The notes under the pieces are model-generated. The model saw only the letters and a list, made by a program, of their open reading frames with translations, had not been told where the DNA came from and searched no databases. Position numbers and translations under genes: made by a program. Shown in pieces: positions 29,761 to 39,608 of a stretch of DNA of 64,000 nucleotides. The first letter of the stretch is position 1; each line of letters begins with the position of its first letter. Source of the DNA: Rickettsiales bacterium (GTDB taxonomy: Bacteria > Pseudomonadota > Alphaproteobacteria > Rickettsiales > UBA3002); NCBI GenBank assembly GCA_037968615.1, contig JBBKVX010000017.1, forward strand, positions 9,266-73,265, given 5' to 3'.

Positions 29761-31548
29761 ATGTCCCGTTACCTCAATCTGCATCGCATGATCTCCCGCC
29801 GCGCCATGGTGTTCGGTGGTGTGCAGACGCTGGCGGCGGCGGCGCTGCTGTCGCGGCTGTATTATTTGCAGTTCATTAAGGGCGAGCAGTTCACGACCGA
29901 GGCGGAAGGCAACCGCATCAAGGTGCAGCTCATCATCCCGCCACGCGGACTGATGGTGGACCGCAAGGGCATTCCCATGGCCATCAACCAGATCAATTTC
30001 CGGTTGATGTTGGAGACGGAAAACCGGCCGAAAGCCAAAGAAACACTACAGAAATTAGTGACGCTGGTGGGCCTCGGCGCGCAAACGGTGAAGGATTTGG
30101 AAATCACCATCAATCGCAACCGCAGCGGCATGCCGATATTGGTGAAAGAGCACCTGGCGTGGGAGACCATGGCCAAGGTGGAATACCATATGCCCAAGCT
30201 GCCCGGCGCGTTCATCGAGGAAGGCCAGTGGCGGCATTACCCGTTCAAGGACCATGCGTCGCATTTGATCGGTTATGTGGGCCGGGTGTCGGAGAAGGAA
30301 GTGAAGCCCGACCAGCCGCTGTTGAAACAGCCGGACATGCGCATCGGCAAGAACGGCATCGAGATGCTGTACGAAAAAAAGCTGGTTGGCGTGGCGGGCA
30401 CGCGGCAGATGGAAGTGAACGTGGTGGGCGCCGCGGTGCGCGAGTTGGACAAGAAACCCGCCATACCCGGCGAAGAATTGAAACTCACCATCGACAGCGC
30501 GCTGCAGGAATTCTGCGTGGCGCGGCTGGGCGAGGAATCGGGCGCCATCGTGGTGATGGATGTGGAGAAGGGCGATATTCTGGCGCTGGTATCGATGCCG
30601 AGTTACGACCCCAACGAATTCAGCAAAGGCATCAGCAGCGCCTATTGGGCCGAGCTGAACGCCAACGAGAAAATTCCGCTGATGAACAAAGCGCTGGCTG
30701 GGCAATACCCGCCGGGCTCGTGCTTTAAAATGATCACTGGGTTGGCGGCGCTTCGCGCGGGCAAAACCACACCAACGAAGAAGGTGCATTGCCCAGGCTA
30801 TTTCATGCTCGGCAACCACCGATTCAATTGCTGGAAACCGGAAGGGCATGGGGCGCTGAACATGGCCGAAGCGCTGGCGGAATCCTGTGATACGTATTTC
30901 TACACGGTGGGCCGTGAGGCGGGCATCGAAGCGATTGCCGAAACCGGAAAACTGTTCGGGTTGAGCGAAGTTTCTGGCTTGGGATTGAGCGGCGAACGGC
31001 CGGGCATTATGCCCTCGCCCGCGTGGAAATCAAAAGCGCGCGGCACGTCGTGGAATCCCGGCGAGACCATCAACACCTCCATCGGGCAAGGCGATGTGCT
31101 GATGACGCCGATGCAGATGGCCGTCATGATGGCGCGCATGGTGAATGGTGGGCGGCGCGTGAAGCCGCGCCTGCTGTTGACCGAGGAGCCGAGCGATGAT
31201 GGATTCATCGACATCGACCCCGCGCACTTGGAGGTGGTGCTGGAGGGCATGGATCGCGTGATCAACCATCCGCGCGGCACGGCGCATGGCAGCGCCCTCA
31301 AGGACCCCGGCTACGAGTGGGGCGGCAAAACGGGCACCGCGCAGGTGCGGCGCATTACCATTCGCGGACAGAACCAGAATTTGGTGCCGTGGAAATTCCG
31401 CCATCATGGGTTGATGGTGGGGTTCGCGCCGGTCGATAAACCGCGTTTCGCGGTTGGTATCATCATCGAGCATGGCGGCGGCGGCGCTTCGGCGGCGGCC
31501 CCGGTGGCGCGCGATGTGATGCAAAAAGTGCAGGAGCTGGTGCTGTGA
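29761..31548 (+). CDS. mrdA: Penicillin-binding protein 2
   Basis: SCFK (SxxK), SCD and KTG motifs; N-terminal TM. Confidence 0.94.
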   Translation: MSRYLNLHRMISRRAMVFGGVQTLAAAALLSRLYYLQFIKGEQFTTEAEGNRIKVQLIIPPRGLMVDRKGIPMAINQINFRLMLETENRPKAKETLQKLVTLVGLGAQTVKDLEITINRNRSGMPILVKEHLAWETMAKVEYHMPKLPGAFIEEGQWRHYPFKDHASHLIGYVGRVSEKEVKPDQPLLKQPDMRIGKNGIEMLYEKKLVGVAGTRQMEVNVVGAAVRELDKKPAIPGEELKLTIDSALQEFCVARLGEESGAIVVMDVEKGDILALVSMPSYDPNEFSKGISSAYWAELNANEKIPLMNKALAGQYPPGSCFKMITGLAALRAGKTTPTKKVHCPGYFMLGNHRFNCWKPEGHGALNMAEALAESCDTYFYTVGREAGIEAIAETGKLFGLSEVSGLGLSGERPGIMPSPAWKSKARGTSWNPGETINTSIGQGDVLMTPMQMAVMMARMVNGGRRVKPRLLLTEEPSDDGFIDIDPAHLEVVLEGMDRVINHPRGTAHGSALKDPGYEWGGKTGTAQVRRITIRGQNQNLVPWKFRHHGLMVGFAPVDKPRFAVGIIIEHGGGGASAAAPVARDVMQKVQELVL

Positions 31549-32675
31549 TCGCTTCCGGACGCATGAAGAAGTCACTGCGCCGCATCGGCGACATGCCGCG
31601 CGGCGTGCTGCTGGTGATTCTGGTGCTGTGCGGGCTGGGGCTGGCGATGCAATATTCTGCCTCGGGCGGCGATTTCCGCGTGTTCGCGCTGAAGCAAATG
31701 ATCAGCATGATCCTTGGATTCGTGCTGATGGTGGGCATTGCCATTTTGCCGCCGCACACGCTGTTCCGCACTTCGTATTTGGTCTATATCGGCTGCCTGA
31801 TCCTGCTGGTGATCGTGGAGGTGAAGGGCGTGATCGGCATGGGCGCGCAACGCTGGATCGGGTTCGGCGCGTTCAACATCCAACCATCGGAGCTGATGAA
31901 GCTGGGGCTGATTCTGGCGCTGGCGCGCTATTTCCATTCGGCGGTGCTGGAAGGCACGCGGCATTGGCTGGTGCTGGGCGTGCCGGCGCTGCTGACGCTG
32001 ATGCCCGCGGCGCTCATTTTGCACCAGCCGAACCTTGGCACGGCCACTATTTGTGCGTTCATCGCGTTCACCGTGTGTTTCATGGCGGGCATTCGTTGGT
32101 GGTATTTTGCGGGCGCCATTGGCTCGGTGATGGCGGCGGTGCCCATCGCCTACCAGTTCTTGCACGATTACCAAAAACGGCGGGTGATGACCTTCCTGAA
32201 CCCCGATGCCGACCCACTGGGTGCGGGCTACAACATCATCCAAAGCAAGATCGCTATTGGTTCGGGCGGGTTCACTGGCAAGGGGTTGCTGAATGGCAGC
32301 CAGGGCCAGCTCGATTTCCTGCCCGAGAAACAGACCGATTTCATTTTCACCATGTTGGCCGAGGAGCTCGGCTTCATCGGCGCATTTGTGCTGCTGATGC
32401 TGTACGCGTTCCTGCTGGTGTTCGCGATGCTGCTGGCGGTGCGTGCGCGCAGCGGTTTCCACCGCCTGATCGCGGCCGGAGTGGCCGCGATGATCTTCAT
32501 TCATATCTTCATCAACATGGCGATGGTGATGGGGCTGATTCCGGTGGTGGGCGTGCCGTTGCCGTTCCTGTCCTATGGCGGGTCGTTCATGCTGGCGGTG
32601 CTGACGGCCTGTGGGCTGCTGCTGCATATCCATATGAATCAAGAGCTTCAAATACCCCGCCAGCGTGGGATTTAG
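31545..32675 (+). CDS. rodA: SEDS peptidoglycan polymerase RodA
   Basis: GAQRW, QPSE, LPEKQTDFIF and GVPLPFLSYGGS motifs. Confidence 0.95.
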   Translation: MIASGRMKKSLRRIGDMPRGVLLVILVLCGLGLAMQYSASGGDFRVFALKQMISMILGFVLMVGIAILPPHTLFRTSYLVYIGCLILLVIVEVKGVIGMGAQRWIGFGAFNIQPSELMKLGLILALARYFHSAVLEGTRHWLVLGVPALLTLMPAALILHQPNLGTATICAFIAFTVCFMAGIRWWYFAGAIGSVMAAVPIAYQFLHDYQKRRVMTFLNPDADPLGAGYNIIQSKIAIGSGGFTGKGLLNGSQGQLDFLPEKQTDFIFTMLAEELGFIGAFVLLMLYAFLLVFAMLLAVRARSGFHRLIAAGVAAMIFIHIFINMAMVMGLIPVVGVPLPFLSYGGSFMLAVLTACGLLLHIHMNQELQIPRQRGI

Positions 32676-32733
32676 TGCCCGCCTGTCACGAATGTTAATA
32701 GAATCTAAAGCGAATTGAAGCTATACTGTCCCT

Positions 32734-33294
32734 ATGAAATTGTTCACCAGATTCACCCGGCAGACCGAGGGCGCGACCATCATCGAGTTCGCGCTCGTGG
32801 CGCCGTTGTTCTTCCTGATCCTGATGGGCACTGTTGAATTTGGTCTGTTGCGTTTCAGCCAAGTGGCCATCGAGGCCGCGGTGGCGCAGGCTTCACGCGC
32901 GGCCTCCATCGGCACCAATGCCAGCGGCTGCGACCGCGCATGCACGGTGCGCGCACTGGTGCAGGAAAAAACCCGAGGCCTCATCAATGCGGGGGAGGTC
33001 AGTGTTGCGGCCACGCTCGTCGGCACCGGAGTGACCAGCGAGCCGGATATTTGCCTTACTGACCCGCCGAGCACACCGCCAGCCTGCCCCAAATCCGTTG
33101 CGGAAAATTATCAGGATACGAACAATAACGGTCGTTACGACCCTCCGGGCAACCTCAGCTTGGGTAATGCGGGCGACCTTGTCGAGCTGCGTGTGAGCTT
33201 CCCCTGGAAAGTACAAATGCCGTTTGCGTCGTATCTGTTCAAGAACGGCGTGTACATGATCAGTAGCACCACCATTTTCAGGAACGAACCATGA
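32734..33294 (+). CDS. tadE: TadE-like pseudopilin
   Basis: G/ATIIEFALVAPLF prepilin motif; C-terminal FRNEP. Confidence 0.85.
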   Translation: MKLFTRFTRQTEGATIIEFALVAPLFFLILMGTVEFGLLRFSQVAIEAAVAQASRAASIGTNASGCDRACTVRALVQEKTRGLINAGEVSVAATLVGTGVTSEPDICLTDPPSTPPACPKSVAENYQDTNNNGRYDPPGNLSLGNAGDLVELRVSFPWKVQMPFASYLFKNGVYMISSTTIFRNEP

Positions 33295-33965
33295 CCCGGC
33301 GCTTCCCCGTATTCTTTGCTCGTTTTGCGCGCCACACACAGGGCGTCGCGCTGATCGAGTTCGCCTTGGTGACGCCGTTCCTGCTGCTGCTGATGTTGGG
33401 AGCGGTCGAGTTGACGCGTTACAGCCTGGTCATCCTTAAAGTACAAAAATCGGCGTACCTGATCACCGACGTGATTGCACAATATCCGCCCGCGACGCTG
33501 GAGCGTAAGGCAGGCGAAATCAACGTGACGGAAGTGCAGAACGTGATGAACCAGTATGAGCGGCTGGTCGGTGGCGACGCCAGTAAGCGTGTGGTCATCC
33601 TCACCTCCATCGACAAGCTTGATGCGGGCGTTCCGGTCATCCGCTGGCAGCAATCCGGGGGCGGCACACTAGCCAATGACGTGCGCAGCGTGGTGACAGG
33701 AAGTGGCCCTTGTGGTTCCTGTGGTGCTTCACGCCTGACGCGCACCTCGTTCGGTGCCGGTTACGATGTAAGTGGCATGCGCCCGCGCGAGAACATGGTC
33801 ATCGGTGAGGTTTATTACCGTTACGAGCCGCTGCTTAATCCGATGCTGGCCAATTTGGGATTCGATTTCCAGGCGCGTACGGTGAGCCGCCTGCAAATGA
33901 TGTTGCCGCGTAATGGCAACCTGTACTGCCTACCCGCCACCTTCACCTATACCGCTGAGTGTTGA
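33291..33965 (+). CDS. TadE/TadF-like pseudopilin
   Basis: G/VALIEFALVTPFLL prepilin motif; coupled to the previous gene. Confidence 0.82.
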   Translation: MTRRFPVFFARFARHTQGVALIEFALVTPFLLLLMLGAVELTRYSLVILKVQKSAYLITDVIAQYPPATLERKAGEINVTEVQNVMNQYERLVGGDASKRVVILTSIDKLDAGVPVIRWQQSGGGTLANDVRSVVTGSGPCGSCGASRLTRTSFGAGYDVSGMRPRENMVIGEVYYRYEPLLNPMLANLGFDFQARTVSRLQMMLPRNGNLYCLPATFTYTAEC

Positions 33966-33966
33966 T

Positions 33967-35136
33967 ATGAACTGGTTTAGAAATTTTCGCGACGATCAAG
34001 GTGGCAACGTCTTCATCATTGCGGCCGCGACTATCTCGGTGCTGATTGCTGTTGCGGGGGCGGGAATCGATCTGGGCCGCCAGCAACTCGTGAAACTGCG
34101 CCTGCAGCAGGCCAGCGACGCAGCAGCGTTGGCTGGAGCCAGCCTACAAAACAGCCCGACCGATGCCGAGCGGTTCCAGGCCGCGCAACGTTATTTCAAC
34201 CTGAATTACCCGTCCGAATATATGGGCATTGCGCGCCCGACACCCACCATTTCGATCGCCGGCGGCGAAGTGACGGTGGCGGCGAATTCTCCCGTTTCGA
34301 CCATTTTCGTGAAACAGGTGGATATGAATGTGACGCAAGCGGCGGGGCGCAGCAAAGTTTCCACCAGCACCTCTACCACCGAAGCGGATTACGACGTGGT
34401 GATGGTGGTGGATGAATCCGGCTCGACCGGCGCGCGTGCGCCCGGCGGTGGTGGCACCATCATGGATGTGGAGAAGGAGGCCATCAGTGACATGATTTCG
34501 TCCATTTTCCCTACCGAAGAGAACAACAAAGTGCGGTTCGGGGTTGTTGGCTACACGGGCAGTATTTCACTGCTTGGGCCGCTGACCGCGATTAAAAGCA
34601 AAGCGCTGAGTTATGTGGGCCAGTTGCAAAGCCGTTGCCAAAACTTCGACCATTATGGTTTTGAAGCGGGCACCAATGTGCTGAGCGGTATATGGGCGGC
34701 TTCGGGCCAGCCTACCGGCGCCTGTACGGGCACGTCATGGTCACGTGCAGGCTATGCCACCAATTTCGCCGTGCAGCGTAATACGGCGGCGCTGCCACCA
34801 ACAAGCACGCGCAGCGATGGAAAAAAACTCAGCGACGCCAAACATCTCGTGTTCCTCACGGACGGCTATATCATGATAGAACCTCCGGGATGCCCGGCTT
34901 CGCCCTGCTACCGCGACTTCCTTGCGAGCTGCACAGCGGCCAAGAACGCGGATATCATTGTGCATACGATCAGCTTTGTTTCGCAGTCTTCGGGCGACAG
35001 TGCCACGTTGCGCCAGTGCGCTTCGACGGATGCCGACGGTAAGCCGCGTTACTATTACGCACCGGACGGGGCGACGCTGAAATCGATCCTGAAGAACGTG
35101 GGATCGAGCATCAAGAAAACGCGTATCTCGGAATAA
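33967..35136 (+). CDS. tadG: TadG-like pilus protein with vWA domain
   Basis: GNVFII TM, LQQASDAAALAGA Tad motif, MIDAS DESGS and FLTDG. Confidence 0.85.
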   Translation: MNWFRNFRDDQGGNVFIIAAATISVLIAVAGAGIDLGRQQLVKLRLQQASDAAALAGASLQNSPTDAERFQAAQRYFNLNYPSEYMGIARPTPTISIAGGEVTVAANSPVSTIFVKQVDMNVTQAAGRSKVSTSTSTTEADYDVVMVVDESGSTGARAPGGGGTIMDVEKEAISDMISSIFPTEENNKVRFGVVGYTGSISLLGPLTAIKSKALSYVGQLQSRCQNFDHYGFEAGTNVLSGIWAASGQPTGACTGTSWSRAGYATNFAVQRNTAALPPTSTRSDGKKLSDAKHLVFLTDGYIMIEPPGCPASPCYRDFLASCTAAKNADIIVHTISFVSQSSGDSATLRQCASTDADGKPRYYYAPDGATLKSILKNVGSSIKKTRISE

Positions 35137-36462
35137 TCAGACGCTCAGCGCGGCGGCGCGGTCCATGGCGATGTCATGGCCAGCGATGGTCGATGCGTCG
35201 ATCTTGGCAATCGGTGCGCTATCCAGCTGCATGGTCGAGCCCTTGGCGATGACGCCGTTATTTTCCGATTCTATTTTCTGCGGCTGCGCCGTGGGCAAGC
35301 GTACATGGAACTGTTCGCGGATGGCGGCCAACGGCTGATGGGCAGCAATCATGCTCTGCGCCTGTTTCACTGCCGGGATGCCATGGGCATTGGCGATCTC
35401 GATGAGGGTCAGGGTCTTCTCGGGCTGGCGCGCATCGATCATGTCGTGGCCCAGCAGGTAGATGAATTTCGGCAGCGGGAAATCCGCCTGCGGAATCGCA
35501 TTGCCGGTTTCGGGGTCGAGGATGGTGGTGTGTTTGTAGGCGTAAGTGTGGTTCATCAGCTCGGTGAGGCGCTGGAACACGGGTTGGCTTTGTGCCCAAA
35601 GTGCGCCTTCGCCTTGTCCGTTCTCGACCACGTTGGTGAACATGTCGTTCGGATGGAATTTGTCGGTGTAGTGCTGGTACAGGTCGAACACTTCGCCTTG
35701 GCCGATGGGCTGGCCCAGCCCGTTACGCGGGTTGATCTTGTTGTTGATGAAGGTGACGAGGTCTTCGAACATGGTGGTTTTGCGTTTCCATGTATCGAGG
35801 AATAATTGCCCGCCGATGAGGCCGAGCATGAAATCGCCCGCCGGCTGGCTGCGTAGCCAGGCCGCCGGGAAGAACAGTAGGTTCACGCCCGCGCGCTGTC
35901 CCAGCTTCGACCAGAAATTGCCGATGGTCTGTTTGACGATTTTATTGTCGCTGCGCGAGATATCTTTGAAGGTGATGTCGCGCGGGTCTTTGTCGAACTC
36001 GGCGGCCACGGCTTCGCTGAAGATGTTCTTGATGTCCTTATACACCATGCCGCTGTAACTAAGCGTCAGCGCCAGCGAGCCTACGCCGAGTGCGGCGTTG
36101 TAGGCCATGGCCTCTTTGCTTTTGGCGCTGGAGCTGGGGAAGCGTTTTTGCAGCCAGTTGCCCGGCTTGGCCAGAAACCCTTGGGTGGCGTTGCGGAAAC
36201 CGCCGAGTAAGCCGCCTTGTTCTTTGGGCAAGGTGTCGAACATGGTGCCGAACACACCGCGCAGCAAATAGCGTGAGCTCCATGCGGCCAGTATGTAGCG
36301 CATGAATTCGGAGGTGGGCGCCAGCGTGGATTGCGTTTGCGTGTGCGGTGGCTGGAGGGATGAGGATGGGGAGTTGGGCTTGAAGGCGGGCATAGCGGGA
36401 GTGTTCGCCGGTGGTGCCTGCGGGTCGGTCTGGGTCGTGTCGATGGCGTTTGCCGAGTCCAT
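35137..36462 (-). CDS. Hypothetical membrane-associated protein (441 aa)
   Basis: Long ORF with Pro/Ser/Thr-rich N-terminus and hydrophobic segments; no recognised family. Confidence 0.75.
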   Translation of the reverse strand: MDSANAIDTTQTDPQAPPANTPAMPAFKPNSPSSSLQPPHTQTQSTLAPTSEFMRYILAAWSSRYLLRGVFGTMFDTLPKEQGGLLGGFRNATQGFLAKPGNWLQKRFPSSSAKSKEAMAYNAALGVGSLALTLSYSGMVYKDIKNIFSEAVAAEFDKDPRDITFKDISRSDNKIVKQTIGNFWSKLGQRAGVNLLFFPAAWLRSQPAGDFMLGLIGGQLFLDTWKRKTTMFEDLVTFINNKINPRNGLGQPIGQGEVFDLYQHYTDKFHPNDMFTNVVENGQGEGALWAQSQPVFQRLTELMNHTYAYKHTTILDPETGNAIPQADFPLPKFIYLLGHDMIDARQPEKTLTLIEIANAHGIPAVKQAQSMIAAHQPLAAIREQFHVRLPTAQPQKIESENNGVIAKGSTMQLDSAPIAKIDASTIAGHDIAMDRAAALSV

Positions 36463-36533
36463 GAGGGCGGACCAATCCTTTCCTTTATCGTGTTATTTTA
36501 CCGCAGCTGCGCGCGGGTTACACGTGGGGATTG

Positions 36534-36551
36534 GTGAAGCTTTTGTGACGA
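36534..36551 (-). promoter_or_regulatory. Direct-repeat box TCGTCAC-N4-GCTTCAC
   Basis: Same architecture as the boxes at 6824 and 16729; upstream of orphan 36462. Confidence 0.55.
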
Positions 36552-36601
36552 CCGCATAGGCAGAGCGCCGAGCTATGCGATTTTAAATACAAATAATAAT
36601 A

Positions 36602-37555
36602 TTATTTTACAGTTGGTAAAAGATAAATGCTTGTTGCAAGCAACCATATCCAGAGCAGGGTGGCCAGCCCCAGAAGCTGCAGCGCGCGGCTGAGATGGGC
36701 GGCGTCGGGCTTGGGGGTGCCATGGCCCTGCCATGGCAGCACGGCTTCGCCCGCCGCCGTGGGCACCGGCCCACCGAGCGACAGATTGAGCAGGCAGGCG
36801 ACCCATCCATACAGATGGGGCTTGCTGCTGGTGAGGTGGTGAAGCGTCAGGAACGGCGAAGTGCGCGGGGTGAAGCAGGCCGCGATCCAGCACAGCGCGG
36901 AGGTGATAAAACGCGGCAGCGCATCAAGCAGCGCAAAAAGCGCAGCGGCAGCCCAGCCGAAGGCGCGGTTGCCGGTATGGATGGGTGCGTAGAAACGCGC
37001 GGCGGCGGCCAGCATAAAATAGAGCAGCAGGCCCGCGACGTCGGCGAGTAGGAACGCAAGGCTGCCGCCGACGAGCAGCGCCACGCGTTCGGTAGCGCTG
37101 AGGATGGTGGCGCGCAGCAGCGCGTAAGTGTCGGGGAACAGGAAAGAGGGTTCGGAGGATTGCAGGGTGAGGGTGCCTGCGCGCGCGGCACGGCGTACGC
37201 GCAGCAATTGGTAGGGGCGCAGCAGTTCGCCGAACAGTGGCACCAGCAGTAATGTGGCAAGCAGCTCGATCCATGGCACAGGGCGCATCAGCAGCAGGCC
37301 GAGCGCGAGGGTGGGCAGCAGCAGAATGGCCAGCACGGCGATGCCACGATAAACGCGGGTGGCGGTGCTGCGCGAAGAGCGGTTAAGCTTGGCGTTCAGC
37401 TTCGAGATGAGGCCGCCGATGGTGAGGCGCAGCTGTGGGAAGCGCAGCAATTTGGCCAGCGGTTCGCCCACCAGCAGCGCGGCCAGTAAAATGGGAACGA
37501 GGTGGATTGCCCGTTCGGCGAAGAGCGTGAGCACGATGCCCGGTAGGTTACTCAA
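36602..37555 (-). CDS. Divergent CobD/CbiB-like membrane protein
   Basis: KLNR...RVYRG, FGWAAA..LDALPR and LNLSLGGP resemble CbiB segments; multi-TM; start uncertain. Confidence 0.55.
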   Translation of the reverse strand: MSNLPGIVLTLFAERAIHLVPILLAALLVGEPLAKLLRFPQLRLTIGGLISKLNAKLNRSSRSTATRVYRGIAVLAILLLPTLALGLLLMRPVPWIELLATLLLVPLFGELLRPYQLLRVRRAARAGTLTLQSSEPSFLFPDTYALLRATILSATERVALLVGGSLAFLLADVAGLLLYFMLAAAARFYAPIHTGNRAFGWAAAALFALLDALPRFITSALCWIAACFTPRTSPFLTLHHLTSSKPHLYGWVACLLNLSLGGPVPTAAGEAVLPWQGHGTPKPDAAHLSRALQLLGLATLLWIWLLATSIYLLPTVK

Positions 37556-38381
37556 TGAATATCTCGACGCGGCGGTTCAGCGGCTCGGCCACGCCATCGG
37601 CGGTGGGCACTTCGGGGTCGCTTTCGCCAAAGGCAAAGTAATGCACCAGCCCGTCGGGCACCCCGGCGCGCAGCAATGCAGCGCGCACGAATTTGGAACG
37701 CTGGGCGGAAAGGGTAAGGTTGTAATCGTCCTCGCCCGCGCGGTCGGCATGGCCGTTGATGGTGATGCCGACATTGCCCGCGTTTTTCACGTAATCGACC
37801 AACTGTTCAAGCGCCATGCTGGCGCTGCCGCTTAGCGTGGCGCTGTCGAACGGGAAATAGAGAATGGTGCTGGTGGTCTCGACCGCGGTGGGGGCGACGT
37901 TGACCGATTCCGATGCGGTGGCTAGGCCGCCCAGCAAGGTGAAGAAGCGGTCGCGCGCTTCGTCGATTTTCGGTGTGTTCCAGCCGTTGCTGGCCAGCAC
38001 CAGCCAGCGGTCGAACGCGACGACGGTGCGGGCGGCTTTTTCGGGCTGGGTGTTGCGGGCATTGGGCAGGCTATCCATGAGTTGGCTGCGGGCATCGCCC
38101 AGCTCCTGCGTGGCGTTGGCGGGGAGGCTCCAATGCGCGGGGTTCTCGGGGGTGACTTCTTGCCCATAGGCGGCGAGCAGGCCTTTATCGGCAAAATATT
38201 TCGAGGTCCACCATTGGTAGGCGCTCAGTTTTTCGTCGGCGAAATCCTGATATTCGGCGGCGAGCGTTGCTGCGTAGCGGTCGGTGCTGGGGGTGGCGTG
38301 CTTCAGCTCGGTCAGCGACTGCGTGGAATCGCAGGCGGACAGCAGGAAGAGCGCACAGATAAGGGCGGTGGGGAAACGCAT
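37548..38381 (-). CDS. OmpA-family lipoprotein
   Basis: Lipobox LSAC; YFPFDS, GHADRAG, YNLTLS and NRRVEI motifs. Confidence 0.88.
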   Translation of the reverse strand: MRFPTALICALFLLSACDSTQSLTELKHATPSTDRYAATLAAEYQDFADEKLSAYQWWTSKYFADKGLLAAYGQEVTPENPAHWSLPANATQELGDARSQLMDSLPNARNTQPEKAARTVVAFDRWLVLASNGWNTPKIDEARDRFFTLLGGLATASESVNVAPTAVETTSTILYFPFDSATLSGSASMALEQLVDYVKNAGNVGITINGHADRAGEDDYNLTLSAQRSKFVRAALLRAGVPDGLVHYFAFGESDPEVPTADGVAEPLNRRVEIFIE

Positions 38382-38559
38382 GCTTGGCCGTTCGTTGTGT
38401 TTTTCGCCGCTTGGAAAGCGACGTTTTTTTGTTACCGAGTGTTTAGCCGGACGCTTCCGGCCCCGCAACCCGAATGTTCCCCACCTGTGAAAAGACTTGC
38501 GTTGCAGCGCGGCATGGCCTAGGTAGCGCCCGAATTACACACGATAATGGAGTATCACA

Positions 38560-38982
38560 ATGGCTCTCGAGCGCACCCTTTCGATTCTGAAACCTGACGC
38601 TACCCAGCGTAACCTCACCGGCGCGATCAACGCGATGTTCGAGGCTTCGGGCTTCCGCATCGTCGCCCAGAAACGCATCTGGCTCAGCCGCCAACAGGCC
38701 GAGCAGTTCTACATCGTTCACAAAGAGCGCCCCTTCTACGGCGAGCTGGTGGATTACATGATCACCGCACCCGTTGTTGTTCAAGTGCTGGAGCGTGAAG
38801 ACGCCGTGGCCAAGAACCGCGACCTGATGGGCGCCACCAACCCGGCCAACGCTGCCGAGGGCACCATCCGCAAAACTTTTGCCGAATCCATCGAGCGCAA
38901 CTCGGTGCATGGTTCGGACTCGGCCGAGAACGCCGCCATCGAGATCGGCTACTTCTTCGCTGGCACCGAAATCGTTGGTTAG
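38560..38982 (+). CDS. ndk: Nucleoside diphosphate kinase
   Basis: [11 protein letters not shown] and NSVHGSDS motifs. Confidence 0.97.
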   Translation: MALERTLSILKPDATQRNLTGAINAMFEASGFRIVAQKRIWLSRQQAEQFYIVHKERPFYGELVDYMITAPVVVQVLEREDAVAKNRDLMGATNPANAAEGTIRKTFAESIERNSVHGSDSAENAAIEIGYFFAGTEIVG

Positions 38983-39003
38983 TTTTTAGCCGACACGGAA
39001 ATG

Positions 39004-39030
39004 AAAAGGGCGCCTCCGGGCGCCCTTTTT
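39004..39030. terminator. Bidirectional intrinsic terminator between ndk and purN
   Basis: AAAA-GGGCGCC-TCCG-GGCGCCC-TTTTT. Confidence 0.8.
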
Positions 39031-39608
39031 TATTGCAGCGAAAGCGCCACTTTTTTGACCGCTTCAGGATAGAGCTGGTGCTCCAGCACATGCACGCGCT
39101 TTTGCAGGGTTTCGGCGGTGTCGGTGGGGTGGATGTCGAGCGTGGCTTGGGCGATGACTTCCCCGGCGTCCAGTTCGGGGATGACCCAATGCACGGTGGC
39201 GCCGTGCTGCGTTTCGCCATCGTCCAGCGCGCGCTGGTGGGTGTTGAGGCCCTTGTATTTCGGCAGCAGCGATGGGTGGATGTTGATGAGCTTGCCCTGC
39301 CATGTTTCGACGAACCAGTCGGAGAGGATGCGCATGAACCCGGCCATGACCACCAGCTCGATGCCCGCATCGCGCAGGGCGAGGTCCATGGCGCGGTCGA
39401 AGCTTTCGCGGTCGGGGAAATCGGCGTGGCGGATGGTGAGGCTGGGCACGCCCGCCTCGGCGGCGCGGGTGAGGCCGTAGGCTTCGTTCTTGTTGCTGAC
39501 CACGAGGGAAATTTCGGCGGGGTAGTCGCTGCGTTTGGTGGCGTCGAGGATGGCAGCCAAGTTGCTGCCATGGCCCGAAATGAGCACGGCGGTTTTTACG
39601 CGGTGCAT
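39030..39608 (-). CDS. purN: Phosphoribosylglycinamide formyltransferase
   Basis: ISGHGSN, INIHPSLLPKY and HGATVH motifs. Confidence 0.95.
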   Translation of the reverse strand: MHRVKTAVLISGHGSNLAAILDATKRSDYPAEISLVVSNKNEAYGLTRAAEAGVPSLTIRHADFPDRESFDRAMDLALRDAGIELVVMAGFMRILSDWFVETWQGKLINIHPSLLPKYKGLNTHQRALDDGETQHGATVHWVIPELDAGEVIAQATLDIHPTDTAETLQKRVHVLEHQLYPEAVKKVALSLQ

